From the NCBI RefSeq assembly GCF_028641065.1, contig NC_073414.1, forward strand, positions 3,410,001 to 3,474,000: a DNA stretch of 64,000 bases, read 5' to 3'. Origin of the DNA: Leucoraja erinacea (Eukaryota). A program made the translations under genes and the position numbers. Below the pieces are notes generated by a model, which saw only the letters and a program-made list of their open reading frames with translations, was not told the DNA's origin and ran no database searches. Shown here one piece after another: positions 50,001 to 60,258 of the stretch; position 1 is the first letter of the stretch; every line of letters begins with the position of its first letter.

Positions 50001-51800
50001 ACTGTGGTCAGTTGCAGTATGGTAGTTGGCTAGGGCACCAATGTTGGCTCAGGCACCATTAAGGTGAGAGGGGAAGATTTAATATGTACCTTAGGGCCAA
50101 CCTTTTCACTCAGATGGTGACGGGTATGTGGAACAAGTTGCCGTAGGAGGTAGTTGAGCCTGCTACTGACTGTACCAGCATTTAAAAAGACCGGTACGTG
50201 GATAGGAAAGGTTTTGAGAAATATGGGCAGGCTCCATATGAAATATGATCAGTCTGAAGAAGGTCTCGACTCAAACCGTCACCCATTCCTTCTCTCCAGA
50301 GATGCTGCCTGTCCCGCTGAGTTACTCCAGCTAACTATGTAGATGGGGCATGTTGGTTGGGATGGGCAAGATGGGCTGAAGGGCCTTTTCCATGCTGTAT
50401 GACTCAATTACTCCTTGACATCAGCACAAACTATACTCTCCTTCAGAGGATTACTGTGGGATACCTTGAATCCATCTGATTAGGACCATGAGTTTAGTTG
50501 TCATTTTGTTGGTAGGCAATGTCTGGGGAACGCACTTCCTTGTCTCTCCAGAGTAGTTCTGCCTCGATTCCCTGTCCTAAGCAAGGCACCAATTGACACA
50601 GGTAGACAAAATTACTGGAGAAAGGTTTTGGCCCGAAACGTTGCCTATTTCCTTCGCTCCATAGATGCTGCCACACCTGCTGAGTTTCTCCAGCACTTTT
50701 GTCTGCCTTCGATTTTGCAGCATCTGCAGTTCCTTCTTGACCAATTGACCTACAAATCTGTATGGCTTTGGAGTGTGGGAAGAAACCGGAGAAAACCCAC
50801 GCAGGTCACGGGGAGAAGGTACAAACTCTGTACAGGCAGCACCCGTAGTCGGGATTGAACCCGGGTCTCTGCCGCTGTGAGACAGTAACTCTACCGCTGC
50901 GACATCGTGTTGTTGCCATCGGCAGATTCCGGTCACTTGCCCTCTGCATGTTTTCAAATTATTTAAACAACCTTTACAAGGTTCACAAAGGAAAAAAGCT
51001 GAATTCCTGCACGTGGGAAGGTTCACGGGAGCTAACATTCCTGTTTACTTTTTTGCAACGTTCCCACAAGCTGGAATGTTGGAAAATCAGTGAGGAACTG
51101 GGGCGACTCGTCCCCTTTTCAGTTGGAATTTCAGCTACGCTGCGTAAGTCTGGCTTGCTGTCATAATTAGGTCCCCGTCATCTCGAGCAAGTGTCAATGT
51201 CACAGGAATCATTGCCACACAGACACACACACACGCACAACCACACACACGCACACACACACAGCCCCACNNNNNNNNNNNNNNNNNNNNNNNNNNNNNN
51301 NNNNNNNNNNNNNNNNNNNNNNNNNNNNNNNNNNNNNNNNNNNNNNNNNNNNNNNNNNNNNNNNNNNNNNNNNNNNNNNNNNNNNNNNNNNNNNNNNNNN
51401 NNNNNNNNNNNNNNNNNNNNNNNNNNNNNNNNNNNNNNNNNNNNNNNNNNNNNNNNNNNNNNNNNNNNNNNNNNNNNNNNNNNNNNNNNNNNNNNNNNNN
51501 NNNNNNNNNNNNNNNNNNNNNNNNNNNNNNNNNNNNNNNNNNNNNNNNNNNNNNNNNNNNNNNNNNNNNNNNNNNNNNNNNNNNNNNNNNNNNNNNNNNN
51601 NNNAGATGGGATGCCAGACATAGCTCGATGTTACGCCCTGTTCATTCTCATTGTTGCGTAAAGAAGGAATGTTTATCTCAGGCTGGAATGAAGGGTCAAG
51701 GACCAAAGTGCGAGATGCTGAGTTAGGAAATTAAGATGAGATAAAGGAGGAAATATCAGTTTTGTTGCTGCCAGTCTAAATATCTACAGCCTTGAGGGAA

Positions 51801-51832
<32 letters not shown>

Positions 51833-54800
51833 AGGGGTTGGTGGGGTAGGGAGATAAATAAGTCAGGTAGCAGGTTACAGTGCAGTGATGTCAGAAAGCC
51901 ATGTGATAGGAGCAGAATTAGGCCATTCGGCCCATCGTCAACTCCACCATTCGATCGTGGCTGATCTATCTGTCCATCCCACCCCCATTCTCTTGCTTTC
52001 TCCCCCACAACCTCTGACACCCGTACTAATCGCGTCCACTTCACGTTTTGGGAAGAAGGCTTTACGAACTTGACGGCTAACTTCTCAGCACAGTGGCGCC
52101 GCTGGAAGAGACGCTGCCCCACAGAGCCAGAGGCCCGAGTTCAATCCTTGCTCCGAATGCCGTCTGTGCGGAGATTGTCCACCCTCACTGTGATGGCTGC
52201 TCCGGTGTCCTCCCACATCCCAAAGACGTGCAGGTTTGTTGGTTAAATCGGCCCTCTGTCAATTGTCCCCTCGTGTGCAGGGAGTGGTTGAGAAAGTGGA
52301 ACAGCTTAGACTTAGTGTGAGATGATCGCTGGTCGGTACAGTGAGGAGAAGGGCCTGTTTCCAAGCTGCATCTTTCAATTCAATCAAGCTGCTCCCAGTT
52401 CTCCTTTATTACTGCTGTAAAACTCGGTCACAGATATTGCCCCTGTCCCACTTAGGAAACCTGAACGGAAACCTCTGGAGACTTTGCGTCCCACCCAAGG
52501 TTTCCGTGCGGTTCCCGGAGGTTGCAGGTGGTTGCCGGAGGTTGCAGGTAGTGGAAGCAGGTGGGGAGACTGACAAAAACCTCCGGGAACCGCACGGAAA
52601 CCTTGGGTGGGGCACAAAGTCTCCCGAGGTTTCCGTTCAGGTTTCCTAAGTGGGACAGGGGCATAAGGGCCTGTCCCACTTGGAGATTTTTTCGGCGACT
52701 GCCGGCGTCATTGACAGACGTATCAGAGTCGGCGAAAGATTTTGATCGTTTCAAAATCTAGCGGCGACAAAAATAATGTTGCGACACTCGAGGAGACACC
52801 GCGCGTCAATAACGTCATCACGCCGCGACTTTTTCGGTGCCCTGATAAGTCAGTCAATGATGCCGACAGTCGCCGAAAAAAATCACCATGTGGGACAAGC
52901 CCTTTACAATTCCTTTCAGATAGGATCCTGGATATGCAAGGAATGCAGTGATATGGATCACGTGCAGACAGAGGTAAGTTTAACTTGGCATCATGTTCAG
53001 CACGGACATTGTGGGCTGAAGGGCCTGTCCCTGTGCATGCCTACTCTATGTTTCATATCGCAGGTGGAAGATTCAGCAACAGATAGTCTGCTGGGTTGTT
53101 TCTCACCAAGTGCATTCTTTACATTTCTAACAATCTGTACATATTCATTCATGGCAATGGAATTTGCTTCTGTTCCAGGAGCTTTCAAAATCATGGACAA
53201 GTTTGGAACTGGAATGGTCAATGTTGGCTACAAAGAGGTAAGTGTTGGCACGCAAATACAAATAGAAAATGCTGGGGGTTGTCAGCAGCTCGGGCAGCAT
53301 CTGTGGAGAGAGAAACCAAGCTACTCTTTCAGGTTAGTTATAGAGGCTCCAATGCTGTGAGGGAGCAGATCGACAGTCACTCTACTGTGCCTCAAAGTTA
53401 GCTGTCGAGCAAGGAAACAGTCAATAGACAATAGGTGCAGGAGTAGGCCATTCGGCCCTTCGAGCTAGCACCGCCATTCAATGTGATCATGGCTGATCAC
53501 CCCCAATCAGTACCCCGTTCCTGCCTTCTCCCCATATCGTTTAAGAAGGAACTGCAGATGCTGGAAAATCGAAGGTAGACAAAAGTGCTGGAGAAACTCA
53601 GCGGGTGCGGCAGCATCTATGGAGCGAAGGAAATAGGCAACGTTTCAGCCTATTTCCTTCGCTCCATAGATGCTGCCGCACCCGCTGAGTTTCTCCAGCA
53701 CTTTTGTCTACCTTCGATTTTCCAGCTACCTTGATTCCACTATCTTTAAGATCTCTATCTAACTCCCTCTTGAAAGTATCCAGAGTACTGGCCTCCACCA
53801 CCCTCTGAGGCAGAGAATTCAACAGAATCACAACTCTCTGTTTGAAAAAGTATTTCCTCGTCTCCGTTCTAAATGGCTTGCCCCTTATTCTTAAACTGTG
53901 GCCCCTGGTTCTGGACTCCCCCAACATGGGGAACATGTTTCCAGCCTCTAGCGTGTCCAAAACCTTAGTAATGTTATGTTTCAATAAGATCCCTTCTCAG
54001 CCTGACTCATCCATGCCGACCAAGATGCCCCATCTACAATAGTCCCTCCTGCCTGCATTTGGCCCATATCCCTCTAAACCTTTGCCTATCCATGTACCAT
54101 GCATGTATGTGCTGCTGGGGGTGGTGATGGAGGCAGATATGATAGTGGCATTTCAGAAACTTATGGATAGGCACATGGGCATGCAGGGAATGAAGGAATA
54201 TGCATTATATGCAGGCAGATAAGAGTCTTGGCATCATGTTCGGCACAGACATAGTGGGCCGAAGGGCCTGTTCGTATGCTGTACTAAGTTTTATGTTCAA
54301 TGAGGGGGCCGTGAATGGTGCTTTAGATATCTTTGCCTTTTATTTGCATCTTTGATGAGGTGAATATGTAAATGTGATGAACGTCTGCCAAATGCAATCT
54401 CTGTGTGGGCATTTGCCGTGAATTACCATGAAGAATTACCATGTTTTAATCTGTACTAAAAACATTGTGGTGTATTGCGAAGTGGCTTTCATTCCCTGCA
54501 ACCTCTCCCTTTCTTAACACTCCCACCCCCACCCCCACGGTGGTTGCAGATGACTATGTCCAGCTAGGGTCCTGTGGACTAGAATGTGGAAGGAGATGAT
54601 GAGGAATTTATCTAGTCAGAGGGTGACGAATCTGTGGAACTCATTGGCACATGAGGCTGTGGAGGACACTGATGGATATTTTTAAGGCAGATACATAGAA
54701 ACATAGAAAATAGGTGCAGGAGGAGGCTATTCGGTCCTTCGAGCCAGCACCACCATTCATTGTGATCATGGCTGATCGTCCCCTATCAATAACCCGTGCC

Positions 54801-56228
54801 TGCCTTCTCCCCATATCCCTTGACTCCACTATCCCCTAGAGCTCTATCTAACTCTCTCTTAAATCCATCCAGTGACTTGGCCTCCACTGCCCTCTGTGGC
54901 AGGGAATTCCATAAATTCACAACTCGCTGGGTGAAAGTTTTTCATTGCCACAGAAGGCTGTGGAGGACACCAATGGATATTTTTAAGGCAGAGATAGATA
55001 GATTCTTGATTAGTACGGGTGTCGGGGGTCACGGGGAGAAGGCAGGAGAATGGAGTTAGAAGGGAGAGATAGATCAGCCATGATTGAATGGTGGTGTAGA
55101 CTTTATGGCCGAATGGCCTAATTCTGTTCCTATCCCTTATGAACTTACGAACATGAGATATTGCCTATAGATTAAAATAATTTCACTATTAGGAGCAGAC
55201 AGGGGCTTTGATTCAATCTAGGAAGCAATTAGAGTTAGGATAACACGACACAGTTAGATGTGGCCCTTGTGGCTAAAGGGTAAGACTTTGGTTAGGCTGC
55301 ATTTGGAGTACTGTGTGCACCTCTGCTTGTCCCATTATGTGGAGGCTTTGGAGAATGTTCAGTAGAGGTTTGCCAGAATACTGCTTGGATTAGAGGGTGT
55401 TAGCTATAAGGAGAGTTGACAGAGTCCTAGAGTGATACAGTGTGGAAACAGGCAATTCGGCCCAACTTGCCCACACCAGCCAACATGTCCCAGCTACACT
55501 AGTCCCACCTACCTGCATTTGGTCCATATCCCTCAAGACTCGTCCTATCCATGTACTTGTCTGTATCTTAAACGATGGGATAGTCCCAGCCTCAACTACC
55601 TCCTCCGGCAGCTTGTTCCATACACCCTTTGTGTGTAAAAGCTACCCATCAGATTCCTATTAAATCTTGTCCCCTTCACCTTAAACCTATGTCCTCTGGT
55701 CCTCGATTCACCTACTCTGGGCAAGAAACTCTGTGCATCTACCCGATCTATTTCTCTCATGATTTTGTACACCTCTATAAGATCACCCCTCATCCTCCGG
55801 CGCTGCAGGGAATAGAGTCCCATCCTACTCAACCTCTCCCTATAGCTCAGATCCAGTAGTCCCGGCAACATTGTTGTAAATCTTCTCTGTACCTTTTCCA
55901 GCTTGACATCTTAAGTAAGTGAGTTTAAGTAAGTAAGTAAATTTATTGGCCATGTATTCACATACAAGGAATTTGCCTTGGTGCTCTGCCCACAAGTAAC
56001 AACATGACAATTACGAATGCCTCAGAAAACACTAAACATTAATAATAATAAAACATTAATGATAAAACACCATTGATCAAGTATGTGATAACATGCCTAT
56101 AACATGGAGAAAATTTGATTTTTTTTTTCTCTTAAAAGTAGGAGGGTGATGGGATTTTTTTTCATTGAATGTAACCTCGCTCTTTCTTAACTCCCATGCA
56201 GTGGCTGCAGATGACTATGTACAGCTAG
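25814..56228 (+). CDS. CAPN12: Classical calpain catalytic subunit, CAPN12-like; 20 visible coding exons, 2097 nt, ~698 aa (CysPc, CBSW/C2-like and penta-EF-hand domains)
   Basis: Motifs [11 protein letters not shown] (Cys), GHAYS (His), RNPWG (Asn), [16 protein letters not shown]-hand [13 protein letters not shown]-terminal EWLQMTMYS*; exon sizes 70/119/134/169/86/65/69/79/117/59 match the classical calpain pattern. Calpain identity is secure; the CAPN12 symbol rests on linkage to EIF3K and needs a phylogeny. Confidence 0.75.
27405..27474 (+). CDS. calpain exon 2
   Basis: [23 protein letters not shown]; 70 nt. Confidence 0.95.
27770..28075 (-). mobile_element. CR1-clade LINE 3' fragment
   Basis: (CAATAGA)n tail on the plus strand and CR1 3' UTR. 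Confidence 0.8.
28081..28370 (-). mobile_element. Vingi/Ingi-like non-LTR retrotransposon RT fragment
   Basis: [18 protein letters not shown] and [14 protein letters not shown]...[12 protein letters not shown]...GIAPPPIR motifs; clade assigned from memory of these motifs. Confidence 0.6.
28405..28523 (+). CDS. calpain exon 3 (catalytic Cys)
   Basis: [40 protein letters not shown]; 119 nt. Confidence 0.95.
28635..29300 (-). mobile_element. Nested CR1-clade LINE fragments
   Basis: ORF 28702..29190: [14 protein letters not shown]...[14 protein letters not shown]. Confidence 0.85.
30108..30241 (+). CDS. calpain exon 4
   Basis: [45 protein letters not shown]; 134 nt, AAG acceptor. Confidence 0.95.
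30583..30794. mobile_element. hAT-Charlie-like MITE
   Basis: TIRs CAAGGGTTCCCAA / TTGGGAACCCCTG, 8 bp TSD ACCTAAGT / AGCTAAGT. Confidence 0.8.
31382..31550 (+). CDS. calpain exon 5
   Basis: [28 protein letters not shown]...GSIICCAKP; 169 nt. Confidence 0.93.
31908..32268 (-). mobile_element. CR1-clade LINE 3' fragment
   Basis: [14 protein letters not shown]; (CAATAGA)n tail. Confidence 0.82.
32420..32491 (+). CDS. calpain exon 6 (catalytic His)
   Basis: [24 protein letters not shown]. Confidence 0.93.
32674..33275 (-). mobile_element. Rex1/Babar-like LINE 3' fragment
   Basis: [42 protein letters not shown]; (GAATCT)n tail; second copy at 59830-60130 (+). Confidence 0.8.
34163..34248 (+). 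CDS. calpain exon 7 (catalytic Asn)
   Basis: [28 protein letters not shown]; 86 nt. Confidence 0.95.
34901..34972 (+). CDS. calpain exon 8
   Basis: [24 protein letters not shown]. Confidence 0.93.
35558..35724 (+). CDS. calpain exon 9
   Basis: [17 protein letters not shown]...[18 protein letters not shown]; AAG acceptor. Confidence 0.92.
35908..36080 (+). CDS. calpain exon 10
   Basis: [40 protein letters not shown]...IGFDVFQ. Confidence 0.94.
36090..37110 (+). repeat. C-rich degenerate minisatellite / low-complexity tract spanning an assembly gap
   Basis: Recurrent CTCTCCTCAAACGCCACCTACCCCCTACCCATGCCTCCACCTCCC units. Confidence 0.85.
36453..36598. other. Assembly gap
   Basis: N run. Confidence 1.
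37121..37465 (+). mobile_element. CR1-clade LINE 3' fragment
   Basis: [15 protein letters not shown]...[10 protein letters not shown]; octamer tail. Confidence 0.88.
37573..37781 (+). CDS. calpain exon 11
   Basis: [13 protein letters not shown]...[38 protein letters not shown]. Confidence 0.92.
38500..38539 (+). CDS. calpain exon 12 (linker, GC donor)
   Basis: TAG acceptor after a pyrimidine tract, [13 protein letters not shown], donor CAG|GCAAGT; bridges phase 2 to phase 0 as required. Confidence 0.75.
39033..39110 (+). CDS. calpain exon 13
   Basis: [26 protein letters not shown]; CAG/GTGAGT. Confidence 0.85.
40016..40076 (+). CDS. calpain exon 14 (EF1)
   Basis: [20 protein letters not shown]. 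Confidence 0.92.
40170..40234 (+). CDS. calpain exon 15
   Basis: [21 protein letters not shown]; 65 nt; donor GTATCCTTC. Confidence 0.92.
40287..40596 (-). mobile_element. V-SINE (HE1-like) inside the calpain U12 intron
   Basis: Reverse complement of the same head, V-domain and tail. Confidence 0.85.
40872..41805 (+). repeat. Minisatellite, 14 copies of a 66 bp unit derived from the Penelope terminal repeat
   Basis: Unit GAAACGTCACCTATCCATGTTCTCCACAGATGCTGCCTGACCCGCTGAGTTACTCCAGCACTCTGT at an exact 66 nt period. Confidence 0.95.
42111..42179 (+). CDS. calpain exon 16
   Basis: [23 protein letters not shown]; 69 nt. Confidence 0.92.
42412..42724 (-). mobile_element. V-SINE (HE1-like)
   Basis: Reverse complement of the same head, V-domain and tail. 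Confidence 0.85.
42919..42997 (+). CDS. calpain exon 17, copy a (EF3)
   Basis: [26 protein letters not shown]; 79 nt. Confidence 0.88.
43707..43823 (+). CDS. calpain exon 18, copy a
   Basis: [38 protein letters not shown]; 117 nt. Confidence 0.88.
44011..44393. mobile_element. Unclassified MITE with ~33 bp imperfect TIRs and an internal hairpin (duplicated at ~45836-46215)
   Basis: CAAAGATCCTACAGCGAGCAAGATCGTCCACTC ... GAGTGGTCTATCTTGCTCCGCTAAAAGATCTTTG. Confidence 0.65.
44910..44988 (+). CDS. calpain exon 17, duplicate copy b
   Basis: Reads identical to 42919..42997 with intact splice sites; lies in a tandem duplication. Confidence 0.6.
45532..45648 (+). CDS. calpain exon 18, duplicate copy b
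   Basis: Reads identical to 43707..43823 with intact splice sites. Confidence 0.6.
48089..48385 (-). mobile_element. CR1-clade LINE 3' fragment
   Basis: CATAGAAA tail and same 3' UTR as other copies. Confidence 0.85.
49350..49690 (+). mobile_element. Penelope-like element 3' end with hammerhead-like core at 49561-49588
   Basis: [22 protein letters not shown] remnant followed by CTGAAGA-AGGGTCTCGACCC-GAAACGTC and the common terminal sequence. Confidence 0.8.
49561..49588 (+). ncRNA. Minimal type I hammerhead ribozyme core (PLE-associated)
   Basis: CUGAAGA, stem II GGGU(CUCG)ACCC, GAAA, palindromic ACGU, GUC cleavage triplet; identical cores on the minus strand at 7474-7501, 13556-13583, 63827-63854; activity untested. 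Confidence 0.65.
51271..51603. other. Assembly gap
   Basis: N run after a CA repeat. Confidence 1.
52438..52903. mobile_element. Two adjacent PIF/Harbinger-like MITEs (52438-52663 with ~80 bp TIRs; 52666-52903)
   Basis: CCTGTCCCACTT ... GTGGGACA termini; TAA/TTA-type flanks. Confidence 0.72.
53179..53237 (+). CDS. calpain exon 19
   Basis: [19 protein letters not shown]; 59 nt; CAG/GTAAGT. Confidence 0.92.
53422..54000 (-). mobile_element. CR1-clade LINE fragment interrupted by a Penelope-derived fold-back
   Basis: [17 protein letters not shown]; insertion at ~53539-53726. Confidence 0.8.
54490..54580 (+). pseudogene. Decayed duplicate of the calpain terminal exon and its acceptor region
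   Basis: TGGTTGCAGATGACTATGTCCAGCTAG (WLQMTMSS*) at 54541-54567; flanks resemble 56161-56245; acceptor reads CGG instead of CAG. Confidence 0.75.
55620..55910 (-). mobile_element. CR1-clade LINE RT fragment (different subfamily)
   Basis: LSYRERL...[15 protein letters not shown]...[10 protein letters not shown]. Confidence 0.82.
56202..56228 (+). CDS. calpain terminal exon (coding part)
   Basis: CAG acceptor then WLQMTMYS* (typical calpain C-terminus). Confidence 0.9.
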   Translation, partial: WLQMTMYS

Positions 56229-58112
56229 TTGGATCCCATGGACTGTTGACTCCCTCAACCCGAAGAGCTTCCGCCACAGCTGCCCACAACCCAGATCCAG
56301 ATAGAGCAAGCAACACACTCCAGAGGCCTCCGCACACCTTGGCTGTGGGATCAGGCAGTTGGCAGTGTTAACATAGCCACATGTCACTCACTCATGTATA
56401 TTCCACCACTCCCAAGCCAGAGCTCCCATCTGCTTTCATTCCCTGTCTTTCTAGCAAGAGTCAAGAGTGGACACAAACTGCTGGAGTAACTCAATGGGTC
56501 AGGCAGTATCTCAGGAGAACTTGGACAGGCAGCATTTTGGGTCAGGACACGTCTTTGCCTATCCATGTTCGACAGAGATGCTGCCTGACCTGTTAAGTCA
56601 CTCCAGCACTTTGTGTCCTTTTGTGTAAACCAGCATCTGCAGTTCCTTGTTTCGAGAAGAATGTTGAATTGCCATATGTGCAGAAACGGAACATTGAAAA
56701 TATTATGTAGCAGCACAAGTTTGTAAGCACAGCACTCAATAGATAGCATACTAGGCAAATTTTTAAAAGTTCAATACGTTAAAAAAAAAACAATATAGGG
56801 TAAAACAAAACAAAAGCCTGATGTCCCGAGTGCTACCAAGACAGTTCATAGTTCAACGTTTAGTTGCTAGACACAAAATGCTGGAATAACTTAGCGGGTC
56901 AGGCAGCATCTCTGGAGAGAAGGAATAGGCAATAGGTGCAGGAGTAGGCCATTTGGCCCTTCGAGCCAGCACCGCCATTCACTGTGATCATGGCTGATGA
57001 TAGGTGATGTTTCAGGTCGAGACCCCTTCTTCAGACCAACAATGGAGGACCCGGCGGGAGGGGGAGGGGGGGAGGAATTTGTAGCTGTGTCAGTGCCTTT
57101 TACATGTCGACTATTTGCATACCTTGGCTATGCAAGCAAAGAATTGCCCTGCGACTTGTCACATGTGAAAATAAAGTATTCCATTCCATTCGTCAGCGAT
57201 GCAGCCTGGCCCTCTCAATTTCGCCAGCATTTTGTGCCAGTCTGTTGTAAACCAGATATGTTGTGAGCCAGCATCTGCGGTGCCTTTCAACACACAATTT
57301 AGTTGCTGTTTGTGGTGTTCAATAGCCTGATGTTTGTTGAGAAGAAGCTGTTCCTGAACCTGGAGTTCATTGGGAAGAAGGTACAGGAGCCTGAAAAGTG
57401 TAACGTCCAGGTTCAGGAACAGCTTCTTCCCTACAACCATCAAGCTATTAAACACAACAACAAATAAGCTCTGAACTACAATAGACTTATTATTATTGCA
57501 CTATATTTGTTATTTATTGAGTATGTGTGCATGTGTATATATACACACACACACTGAACTTTTTTTCCCCCGTTATGTACCATGTTTACATATTCTGTTG
57601 TGCTGCATGCAGCAAGTGAGACTTTAATTGTCCTATCTGGGACACATGACAATCAACTCCTCTTGACTCTTGACTTGAGGAAAGTGTTTTGGGACACAAC
57701 AGAACAATAGAATTGTTGCATTTCTTTTTCAAACCTAAGTCAAGTCAGGTTTATTCGTCACATACACATACGAGATGTGAAGTGGCAATGCTCGTGGACT
57801 TTGTGCAAAAAGACAAACAACCAAACAACCAAACAAACTACAAACAGAATGGAACAGAATCACATATTCTTTTACATATTAAATATTGTGGGCCGAAAGA
57901 AAAAGGGAAAAAAACAGCAATTAAAAAAACAAGCAGTAGAGTGGTACAGTAAAGGTTTACAGATGTAACTGTATATTAAGATGTCTAGCGATGTAGCTGT
58001 ATATTAAGATAAATACTGAGCTATATTAGTAATTATTTGCATTATTGTTATTGTCTTTGCTGTCATTCTGTAATTACACCAAAGAATTAAATTAAAAACA
58101 TAATACTCATGA

Positions 58113-58118
58113 AATAAA
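58113..58118 (+). terminator. Candidate calpain polyadenylation signal
   Basis: AATAAA after an AU-rich non-repetitive stretch and followed by a GU/U-rich tract; other AATAAA-like sites occur earlier, so uncertain. Confidence 0.35.
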
Positions 58119-59829
58119 TTAGGTTTTTGTATTTTGTGCTTTGAGGGAGTTAGATGTGGCCCTTGTGGCTAAGGGGATCAGGGGGTATGGAGAGAAGGCA
58201 GGTACGGGATACTGAGTTGGATGATCAGCCATGATCATATTGAATGGCGGTGCAGGCTCGAAGGGCCGAATGGCCTACTCCTGCACCTAATTTCTATGTT
58301 TCTATGTCTCTGAGTGTAAGAGTTGCAACATCATCTTGCAGTTGCACTAAACAGGGTGGGGGTGGGGATAAATTTAAAATGTAACGGAGCTCTCTGGGGT
58401 AAATTTTTCAACCAGAGGATGGTGAATTTCTGGAACGAGCTGACAAAGGAGGTGGAGGAGCAAGTTGCAATAAGAGACATTTGGACGTTCTTGGATAGGA
58501 AAGGCATGGAGGGAAGCAGGCCTGGCATGGGCAATTGGGATTAGTTTAGTTAGGCATGGATGAGATGGGCCTACCAAATAAGGAGAGGCCTAGATAGATT
58601 GATGTGAATGTTGAGAGGATATGATGGGAGCATCTAGGAAAAGAGGGCAGAGCCTCAGAATAGAATGTACCTTTAAAATGGAGATGGAAAGGAATTTTGT
58701 TAGCCAGAGTGAATCTGTGGAATTCATTCCCACAGACAGTTGTGGAGCCCAGGTCATTGGGAATTTTTAAAGCAGAGATTGATGGGTTTTTGATCAGTAA
58801 GCCCATCAACGTTTATGGAGAGAACACAGGAGAATGGGGTTACGAGGGAAAAGTAGATCTGCCAAGATCGCATGGAGGAGCAGGATCGATTGGAGGTGGA
58901 TTGATGGGCCAAATGGCCCAGTTCTGTTCCTATGTCTCCAAAGGGCCTGTTTCTGTGTTGTATGATTCTCAGGTTGCATGCCAAGTTGAGAGCTGATGCT
59001 GAAACACTTCACAGCAGAGTAGCTGACTAATACATGCAACTCCACTCACACGGAGACAACATATAGAGTGCCTGAGAACTGTAGCATGGAGCAGAACAGA
59101 AAATGGGAACATTGAAGTATGGGAGAGGAAGAGAAACAGCAACATATAGTAAACTTCTTAATAGTTGGGTAACTAAAACACATTTCTATAGTGCCTTGCA
59201 CAATGCCAGGAAAAACATTTCACAACAAGAGAAGTACTTTTGGTATGTTGCAATATATGAATATATAGCAAGCACCCACAAACAGCAGCAGCACTATAAT
59301 ACACTCATTTGTCTTTATATTGGTTGAGACTTCAATATTGGCCAGGATGCAGAGGGAGAAATTGTAGATAGTTTGAAATAGGTCCACCGTTGACTGCAGA
59401 CGGGGGCCTTGAATCAATCTAGAAGCAATCGGAGTCAGGAAGTCATGTTGCAACTCCGTAAGGCTTTGGTTAGGCCGCATTTAATGTATTGCGTTCAATT
59501 CTGGTTGCCCCATTATGTTTGGCGGTCGTTATGTTAATGTGAAGGGATCGCTGGCCAGCGCGGACTGGATGAGCCGAAAGGCCTGTTTCCGCTCTATCTC
59601 TAATTTAAACTAAAAAAAAAATAATAACTAAGGTTGTGGAGGCCTGGAAAAAAAATTGACCAGTATGCTCTGTAGAGCGTATTAGGTGGAGAAAATCCAG
59701 AACATGCTGAGAGACCTGATGAAGTATCTAATAATAGAGGCATAGTTGAGGCAGGGGAGATTGACACTTGGACTGCTTCTCTGGATTAGAGCGTGCACAG
59801 CCCGAGTTGTAAAGTGAAGTGGTGAGAAA

Positions 59830-60130
59830 CGCATCACCGGTTCCTCGCTCCCCTCCATTGAGTCTGTCCAAAGCAAGCGTTGTCTGCGGAGGGCGCTCAG
59901 CATCGCCAAGGACTGCTCTCACCCCAACCATGGACTGTTTACCTTCCTACCATCCGGGAGGCGCTACAGGTCTCTCCGTTGCCGAACCAGCAGGTTGAGG
60001 AACAGCTTCTTCCCGGCGGCTGTCACTCTACTCAACAACGTATCTCGGTGACTGCCAATCACCCCCCCCCCCCCGGATACTTATTATTATTATTTATTCA
60101 AATCATTTGCTATGTAGCTCTTCCAGGGCA
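59830..60130 (+). mobile_element. Rex1/Babar-like LINE 3' fragment
   Basis: Near-identical to the reverse complement of 32755-33052. Confidence 0.8.
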
Positions 60131-60258
60131 GAGGACTAGCAAACGATTTGAATAAATTAAAAGTACAGAGGTACTTGGACTAGTCAGTCTTGAAGTAGCT
60201 GTTCCTCGACCTGCTGGTCGGCACGGAGAGCTGTACTGAAGTTGAATCTGAATCTGAA

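Noticed and set aside
51178-51706. ORFs across 51271-51603
   Set aside because: Artefacts of the N gap and CA repeat
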